32,000 nt of DNA, taken from Candidatus Latescibacterota bacterium. Its GTDB lineage: Bacteria > Latescibacterota > Latescibacteria > Latescibacterales > Latescibacteraceae. The notes below the pieces were generated by a model. That model saw only the letters and a list, made by a program, of their open reading frames with translations, had not been told where the DNA came from and made no database searches. Below, piece by piece: positions 25,882 to 32,000 of this stretch. The DNA lies in contig CAXXSC010000008.1 in NCBI GenBank assembly GCA_963668435.2, positions 1,143,945 to 1,175,944 of the forward strand, given 5' to 3'. Positions within the stretch are counted from its first letter, which is position 1; the number at the start of each line of letters is the position of its first letter. A program made the translations under genes and the position numbers.

Positions 25882-28800
25882 GTGATACCCGTGCCCGAAC
25901 TGGACGATTATATCCATAAGAATCCGTCTGCGGCGAAATTCCCCTGGCACGCGGATACGCTGGCCAAGAGCGGGAACATCGATGAAGCGCTTTCTATACT
26001 GAAAAAAGGAATCGACGCTGATCCGAACAATGCCGCCGCGCATTCAGTGCTCGGTTCTGTTCTGCTGATGAAAGAAGACGAGAACGGCGCGATCGAGGCT
26101 CTTGAAAAAGCTATCTCATACGATCCCCAGATGCCGCGTGACCTTTTGACAGTCGGCAGATTCTACCTGAAGAATGAACATCCTGAAAAAGCCATGCGTT
26201 ATCTCTGGTCCGCCTATCAGTTCGATCCAAACAACGATGCGGTCAAGAGTTCCTATGAAGAAGCGGTCGAGCTTAAAAAAGCCGCCGAGGACCTGATGCT
26301 TTCCGATCAATCGGAAATGGCGCTTTCACAACTCGACGGCAGCGCAACCCAGATAGCACCACATCCCCCGGCAGAAAGCGAGCCGGTCGAGGAAGACCAG
26401 GAAACGCAGACTCTTATCACCGGCATGGCTGAAATCGAAGCTTTCACGGCCGATGACACCGACATGGAAGAGCCCGCCGATGACACTTCGCAGAAGCTTG
26501 AAGAGCCGATGGCTGAGGCCGTTTCCGAGGATGAAAGTGCGATCTCATCGGATGAAGAGCTCATGGCGACAGAAATTTCCTCATACGAAGAAGACAACGT
26601 GATAGAAACACCGTCCGCAACGGAAGATGTGTATACGGATGATCTCGAAAGCCTGCTGGCGGAAGATACGGCTCCGGAAGAATCGGCGGATATCGACGAA
26701 ATGCCCGAGCAGGATACCGTGGAAACGGAAACATCCACTGAACTCGAGGAAGATGTCACAGACAGCGGAGACATTGATCTCGAAAGCATCATGGCGGCAG
26801 AAACCGAGGCAGAGGAAATGCCCGGGGCGGAACTCGATGAAATAGAAACAGATGAGTCCGCGCTCACAGATGCGAGTGAATTGGATGAAAACGAAGCTGC
26901 TATCGATGAATTCGAGAGCACCGCAGCTGAGGAAGAAAGCGTAACGCTTGATGCCGCAATGCCTGAGATGACGGAAGATGTGCCCGAAGAACCGATATCT
27001 GAAATGGATACTGAGATCGAGCCGGACACTCTTTCTGGCGAAATGGAAAGCGAAAGTGCTGTCGATGCAACTGACCTGAGTGACCTCGGCATAGAGGAAG
27101 ACGTCAGTGATGAAGCGACTTCCGAAGATGTCAGCGATACCGGAATTGATACAGAAATCACCGAAGAAGCAGTGCCGACGGAACCCGAATCGGATGAAAA
27201 GAGCAAAGACTTCGATCTCCCCGACGTGAGTGATGAGGAATTCGACGCCCTTTTCGATGAAGAATCGTCCGACGAAACCGGTGGCAGCGAAACACCTGAA
27301 ACAGGTGACATTGCCTCCCAAATGACTATTACGCCCGAACCCGAAGTCGCTGAGGCAGATGATACGGCAACAGATATTGATGATCTCACGGCTCTGTATG
27401 GCGGCGTATCTGAAGAGGAAACCGATACAGGCACAGCTGAAGACAGCGACATTCCCGACACTGCGCCCGCCGATACCGACACAGAAGAAAACATCGCGGC
27501 TGAACCGGAATTCGACGAGGATTTCGAGAAAGAAATCACCAGTGAAATTCTCATGGTGGCAGGAGTCGAGGCCGTCCAGGAACGTATTGAAGAAAACGAA
27601 GAAGTTGATGAAACCGATTTCTTCGAGGACGGCATGGCAGAGAGCGGGACGGATGAAACAGCCGCCGGAATATCTCTCGAAACGCCTGATGACTCAGCCG
27701 TCGCCGACGAGGATTACAGCAGTGAAGCCGCAACGACCGCGCCGGGGCTCGCGTCTTACGACAGTGCACTTGAAACCGTTGGATCCGAAGATGATACAGC
27801 CGCAATGCCCTCTTTTGCCGACCTCGCCGGCGACATGCTTGAAGAAGACACCACCGCCGAGCAGTCCTCCGAAGAGGAAGTCGTTTCCGAAAGCAGTATC
27901 GAGGACCTGATCGACGAAGATTCCGAGAGCGAGGACGGCAGTGATGAATTTGTCTCGCTTATCGACGAGGAGGCGCCAATCCTGTCAGAGGACGAGATCG
28001 AGGCCGCCACGGTGGAAAAAGAACTTGATCTCGATAGCATTATCGATGTGCCCCAGGTCGATGAAACTGTTGAATTGACCGAAAGCAGTGATGAAGAATT
28101 TTCCTCCCTGATCGATGAAACTCCGGGCAGTGACGATAGTGCAAGCGTAGAAATTGAAGACAACGCGGAAGACACTCTCGAAAATGAAACAGCGCTTTCA
28201 GACGAATCGGAAGAAATGGATGATATGAACCTTTCCTCCATTGAGGATGACGAAAGTGCAACCGTTCCCGACATGGAAAGTGCCATAGATGAGGATGACG
28301 AAAGTGCAATTCCTGACTCAGATGAAGGCACTTCTTATCTGGAAGAAGTCAGCCAGATTGTCGAAGAAGATGTCCGCACGAGTTCGGCGATTGAACTGAG
28401 TACGGTGGGGCCGGGAAGCGGTGACCAGCCCAGCATTGTCAAGCCCCTTGACATCGATGAGGAAAAAGATATCCTCGGAAAGAGTTTCGACTATGACGAA
28501 GTGACCGAGGATGAGCCGGTGCTGACAGCCGAGGAACGCGCGGAACTGATGGCCATGCAGGAAGCGCCCGCCGATACAGACATGGACGACCTGATCGCCG
28601 ATACGGGTATCGAAATTGACAGTGACAGCATGGCGAATGAAAAACTTCCCGAAGAAATGTCAACGGAACCGCATGAATCCGACGGAGTTTTCGGTGATCT
28701 TTCACACGAGGAGATCAGCATCCTCAGCGAAAAAGCCGATGGAAAACCCGACAGCGAGGATGAACTACACCTCGAAACACGCGAAGGCATAGACTACTCC

Positions 28801-29919
28801 GATGTTCTTTCGGATTTTTCCATTGAAACGAAAGATACAGATGACAGTGACAGCATGGAGGCCATAATCCGTGAGGAGGAAGGGCTCGATAGCGAAACTA
28901 TGGCTGTTGATCTCGAAGAGCCAGGCGAAGCCAGCCTTGACGACTTGCCCGAAAGTGTCGCGGAGGCCATGCCTGAAACAGAAAGCGAACAGGTTCGGAG
29001 CGGTTTGGAAAATATCGGCGGCATAGATATCGGCACGGAAGAAACACCGGAGCCTCCCGAGGAAGATATCGCCGAAACCGCATTTGAAATGGATAGCGAC
29101 GAAAGCGAAATGCAGGCAGACAGTCCCGACTACCTTTCACAGCTTGATTCAATGGACGCAGCCGAGGATGGAGATGACGAAACCGATGTGTTGTCAAACA
29201 TCCTGACGGAAGAGGATGAGGAAATCACCGATTCCGACATATCGGGTGAAGTTGACACGGAAGAAGAGGTCAAGCTATCAGAGACTCCAGAAAACGACTA
29301 TGACGAGGAAAGTGTATCGATCGTAGAAACAATGCTTGAATCCGCACCGGAACCCGATTATGATATCAGCGATGATGAAGATCTCGACATCGAAAACTAT
29401 TCGGAGCCTGACAGCGAAGAGGATAAACCTCCGGTCGATGAAAGTATCGAACGCGCTGTCAATCTTGGCAGAGCAAACGCTGTCGAAACCGAAGTATTGA
29501 CGCCATCGGTCGAGGATGATGTTTATGATCTCTCCGGGGAGGATATCACTCCTTCGGAACCAGTAGCGGAAACCGAAAAGACCGCGGCACCGGCAAGCGA
29601 CAGCTCAGGCGAAAGCCTTGAAGATCTGATAATGAAATATGAAATGGCGTTTGAACCGGAAAGCCCTTCCGCAGAAAAAAGCGAGCCGTCAGTGGAAGAA
29701 AGCGCTATTGAAACTGCGGAAATATCCGTGCCGCCATCGCAGGATAAATCGCCTCTCAACGAGGCAAATGCGACGATGGCGGAAATTTTCGCCTCTCAGG
29801 GCCTTATAGAACAGGCAATACAGACCTACGAAAACATACTCGCCGGCAATCCCGGAAAAACAGAGATCGCCAGCCGTATCGAAGAGCTGAAACAGAGGCT
29901 GCGGGACGAAATGGATTGA
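25882..29919 (+). CDS. Giant acidic protein: N-terminal TPR domain, about 1150 aa of D/E/S/T-rich low-complexity sequence, and a C-terminal TPR-like motif
   Basis: - Uninterrupted 1345-codon ORF.
- N-terminal TPR-like repeats: EALSILKKGIDADPNNAAAHSVLGSVLL..GAIEALEKAISYDP..KAMRYLWSAYQFDPNN.
- C-terminal MAEIFASQGLIEQAIQTYENILAGNPGKTEIASRIEELKQRL.
- No hydrophobic TM or signal segment seen.
- The start could instead be the GTG at 25891, with GGGGG 6-7 nt upstream. Confidence 0.8.
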   Translation: MIPVPELDDYIHKNPSAAKFPWHADTLAKSGNIDEALSILKKGIDADPNNAAAHSVLGSVLLMKEDENGAIEALEKAISYDPQMPRDLLTVGRFYLKNEHPEKAMRYLWSAYQFDPNNDAVKSSYEEAVELKKAAEDLMLSDQSEMALSQLDGSATQIAPHPPAESEPVEEDQETQTLITGMAEIEAFTADDTDMEEPADDTSQKLEEPMAEAVSEDESAISSDEELMATEISSYEEDNVIETPSATEDVYTDDLESLLAEDTAPEESADIDEMPEQDTVETETSTELEEDVTDSGDIDLESIMAAETEAEEMPGAELDEIETDESALTDASELDENEAAIDEFESTAAEEESVTLDAAMPEMTEDVPEEPISEMDTEIEPDTLSGEMESESAVDATDLSDLGIEEDVSDEATSEDVSDTGIDTEITEEAVPTEPESDEKSKDFDLPDVSDEEFDALFDEESSDETGGSETPETGDIASQMTITPEPEVAEADDTATDIDDLTALYGGVSEEETDTGTAEDSDIPDTAPADTDTEENIAAEPEFDEDFEKEITSEILMVAGVEAVQERIEENEEVDETDFFEDGMAESGTDETAAGISLETPDDSAVADEDYSSEAATTAPGLASYDSALETVGSEDDTAAMPSFADLAGDMLEEDTTAEQSSEEEVVSESSIEDLIDEDSESEDGSDEFVSLIDEEAPILSEDEIEAATVEKELDLDSIIDVPQVDETVELTESSDEEFSSLIDETPGSDDSASVEIEDNAEDTLENETALSDESEEMDDMNLSSIEDDESATVPDMESAIDEDDESAIPDSDEGTSYLEEVSQIVEEDVRTSSAIELSTVGPGSGDQPSIVKPLDIDEEKDILGKSFDYDEVTEDEPVLTAEERAELMAMQEAPADTDMDDLIADTGIEIDSDSMANEKLPEEMSTEPHESDGVFGDLSHEEISILSEKADGKPDSEDELHLETREGIDYSDVLSDFSIETKDTDDSDSMEAIIREEEGLDSETMAVDLEEPGEASLDDLPESVAEAMPETESEQVRSGLENIGGIDIGTEETPEPPEEDIAETAFEMDSDESEMQADSPDYLSQLDSMDAAEDGDDETDVLSNILTEEDEEITDSDISGEVDTEEEVKLSETPENDYDEESVSIVETMLESAPEPDYDISDDEDLDIENYSEPDSEEDKPPVDESIERAVNLGRANAVETEVLTPSVEDDVYDLSGEDITPSEPVAETEKTAAPASDSSGESLEDLIMKYEMAFEPESPSAEKSEPSVEESAIETAEISVPPSQDKSPLNEANATMAEIFASQGLIEQAIQTYENILAGNPGKTEIASRIEELKQRLRDEMD

Positions 29920-30995
29920 TGATGAACAAAACAGCTATTCATGCGGTACAGAAACGACTGGGGGAATCCGGCCTGGATTCCCTCATTGTCAGCAAACTCA
30001 CCGATATTCGCTACCTGACAGGATTTGCCGGAGACTACGGATTCCTGGCCATCGGCAGCGGGAAACCGTTCTTTTTCACCTCCTCCCTCTACGCTGAAGA
30101 AGCCCGTCAGCTTCCCGGAAACGAGATCGAGATCGTCGAGGTCAAAAAACGTATATTCCCCGAAATGCATGCGCTTGGTAAGGATTTCTGGGGAAAACGG
30201 ATCGGCTATGATCCCCTGGTGCTCACCTGCCATGAGTACACGAAAATGGTGGAAGCATTCACCGACAGCACCTTCGCCCACGAAAATGACATCCTGAAAT
30301 CGCTGAGGTCTGTCAAAACCGAAGACGAGATCGTAAAAATTGATACAGCCCAGCGGATCGCGGAAACCGTACTGGAAAGCATTATCGCCGAGCTCAGGGA
30401 GGGTGTCACCGAAATCGAAATTGCCGCCGAAATTGAATACCGTTTCAAAAAAAAGGGCGGCGAGAAAGCCTCATTCGACACAATAGCGGCATTCGGTGAA
30501 AATTCCTCTAAACCACATGCCCGCCCCGGCAGTAGAAAACTTAAACATGGCGATATCGTCCTTTTCGATATGGGCACAGTCGTGGAGGGTTACGCTTCCG
30601 ACATGACCCGAAGTTATGTTTTCGGAAAAGCCGATGAGCAGACAAAAAGCATATATGCGGCAGTATTGGGTGCCCAGGAGCATGCTATCAAGGGCATCAA
30701 GAAAGGTATCAGCGGCAGCGAAGCTGACAGTCTGGCACGTACATTCATCGACGAGCACGGCTATGGAGAGCATTTCATCCATTCGCTCGGCCACGGCGTC
30801 GGTCTCGATATTCATGAACACCCCACACTCTCGAAAAGCTCGGATACAGTGCTCGAAACCGGCATGGTTGTCACTGTAGAGCCGGGCGTTTATCTCGAGG
30901 GTCAGGGCGGCATCAGAATCGAGGATATGGTAGTTGTGGACGGGGACGGTATCAGGAATCTCACCCGTATGCCGAAAGAACTAATCGAACTGTAA
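29919..30995 (+). CDS. Xaa-Pro aminopeptidase / M24B family metallopeptidase
   Basis: A creatinase-like N-domain is followed by the M24 metal ligands: VLFDMGTVVEGYASDMTR, HSLGHGVGLDIHE, VVTVEPG and IRIEDMV. The ATG at 29919 overlaps the last base of the upstream TGA. Confidence 0.9.
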   Translation: MMNKTAIHAVQKRLGESGLDSLIVSKLTDIRYLTGFAGDYGFLAIGSGKPFFFTSSLYAEEARQLPGNEIEIVEVKKRIFPEMHALGKDFWGKRIGYDPLVLTCHEYTKMVEAFTDSTFAHENDILKSLRSVKTEDEIVKIDTAQRIAETVLESIIAELREGVTEIEIAAEIEYRFKKKGGEKASFDTIAAFGENSSKPHARPGSRKLKHGDIVLFDMGTVVEGYASDMTRSYVFGKADEQTKSIYAAVLGAQEHAIKGIKKGISGSEADSLARTFIDEHGYGEHFIHSLGHGVGLDIHEHPTLSKSSDTVLETGMVVTVEPGVYLEGQGGIRIEDMVVVDGDGIRNLTRMPKELIEL

Positions 30996-31026
30996 ACAAT
31001 AGAGGGAATGGGACAGATGAGAACTC

Positions 31027-32000
31027 GTAGTATTTTTCTTCTTATGATCGCCATGCTGCTCTGGAACGCAGCCCTGTCAACAGCCGATGAAAAACCGGAA
31101 ATGCTCTTTTTCTATTCGCAGGACTGTGACCATTGCAGGTTGATCAAGAAGGAATTCATCCCCGGTTTCCTTGAAAAATACGGCTCCGTCATCAATTTCA
31201 AAGAGATGGATGTCGAGGTTGAGGCCAATATCGACTCCCTCTTCGCTCTCGAGGATCGTCTCCAGTTCCCCGAGGACCAGAAAGAATATCCCGCCGTTTA
31301 TTTCTTAGGCACCATGCTCGAGGGCGAAAATCCTGTAGCCATGCGGCTTGAAACACTGGTCGAGACCTACCTTGCCAACCCGGACTCTATGCGGGCTGTC
31401 AACCGCGAAGTGCTTGCCCGTAAACCGGAACCTTTCGTGCAGGTCAAAACAAAAGAAGATGCACCGGTCTACGCGGTCTATTTCTTCAAGCAGGGCTGCA
31501 AGGAATGCGGCCGGGCCGAAGAAATCATCGAGCGCCTGAAAAAAAGCCATAAATATCTCACTGTCGATGTCTTTGATATCGGCGAGGAACGTCCGAAACT
31601 TCTTGCAACAGCTCTCGGCATCCGTGCCAGTATTCCGGACAACAAACTGATGAGCACACCGATGCTGTTCATCGGCGACGATGTCGTTCTCGACGATGAT
31701 ATGTCGCTGCGCACGATAAGCGCCCTGATAGGCAAATACGCGGAAACGGGCTCGAAACCGTTCTGGCGGAATATCACAGACGAAGATCTCGAACAGGTAC
31801 GCGACCGTATCTCCAGTCTCTTCGACCAGTTCACGGTGCTGGCTATTATGCTGGCGGGGCTTGCCGACGGTGTCAATCCATGTGCATTCGCCACCATCCT
31901 CTTTTTCGTATCCTACCTGAGCATGGTCGGCAGGAAAGGCCGTGAAATCCTCGTTGTCGGCCTCAGTTTCGCGGCATCCGTGTTCATCACCTATTTCCTT
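31027..32000 (+). CDS. Secreted double thioredoxin-fold protein fused to a DsbD/CcdA-type transmembrane thiol-disulfide transporter domain. The 3' end lies outside the window.
   Basis: My own translation (no stop in the window, so it is absent from the ORF track):
- MRTRSIFLLMIAMLLWNAALSTA, a signal-like segment.
- LFFYSQDCDHCRLIK and VYFFKQGCKECGRAEE, two CxxC thioredoxin-like modules.
- LAGLADGVNPCAFATILFFVSYL, the DsbD/CcdA TM1 motif.
An ATG at 31018 is an alternative start. Confidence 0.7.

Noticed and set aside
26307-27635. 442-aa Ser-rich ORF on the minus strand, plus other long antisense ORFs at 26581-27321, 27756-28331 and 28491-28790
   Set aside because: These are antisense to the acidic protein gene. 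GAx/GAC-rich codons read as Ser/Ile/Phe-rich stop-free frames on the opposite strand. They are a compositional artefact.

Overview
This looks like a core chromosomal segment of a bacterium, roughly 50% GC by eye, with tightly packed genes and 26 credible CDS. I saw no tRNA, rRNA, CRISPR array, transposase or integrase.

Gene order, left to right:
- A MacA-like adaptor fragment, two FtsX/MacB-type permeases and an ABC ATPase.
- An unusual ORF-poor region of about 1 kb, rich in hairpins (3549-4577).
- A long, Bacillus-type SRP RNA with an Alu domain (4578-4847), followed by dnaX-ybaB-recR.
- pgsA-pgpA-cinA-thpR-recA, then alaS.
- A group-II geranylgeranylglyceryl-phosphate synthase (GGGPS/PcrB) homologue.
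- A tightly spaced + strand cluster: PHP phosphatase, small helical protein, stand-alone CoaB, an ExeA-like AAA+ / double zinc ribbon / PH-like fusion protein, and a Rossmann+DUF2520 protein.
- On the minus strand, comEC followed by a patatin-POTRA-Omp85 protein resembling the PlpD type Vd autotransporter.
- A 1345-aa protein with TPR domains at both ends bracketing about 1150 aa of extremely acidic, nearly K/R-free sequence, abutting an M24 Xaa-Pro aminopeptidase gene.
- A truncated thioredoxin-thioredoxin-DsbD/CcdA fusion running off the 3' edge.

Diderm hallmarks are present: an Omp85 barrel ending in Phe, and MacAB-like efflux. They sit alongside Firmicute-like synteny, a long SRP RNA and an archaeal-type lipid enzyme. 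I therefore suspect a deep-branching or candidate-phylum (possibly FCB-related) organism, but this is inference only.

The candidates most worth follow-up are the hairpin-dense non-coding kilobase, the giant acidic TPR protein, and the AAA+/zinc-ribbon/PH fusion set between two CoA-pathway-like genes. All product calls come from motif recognition by eye, with no database search.
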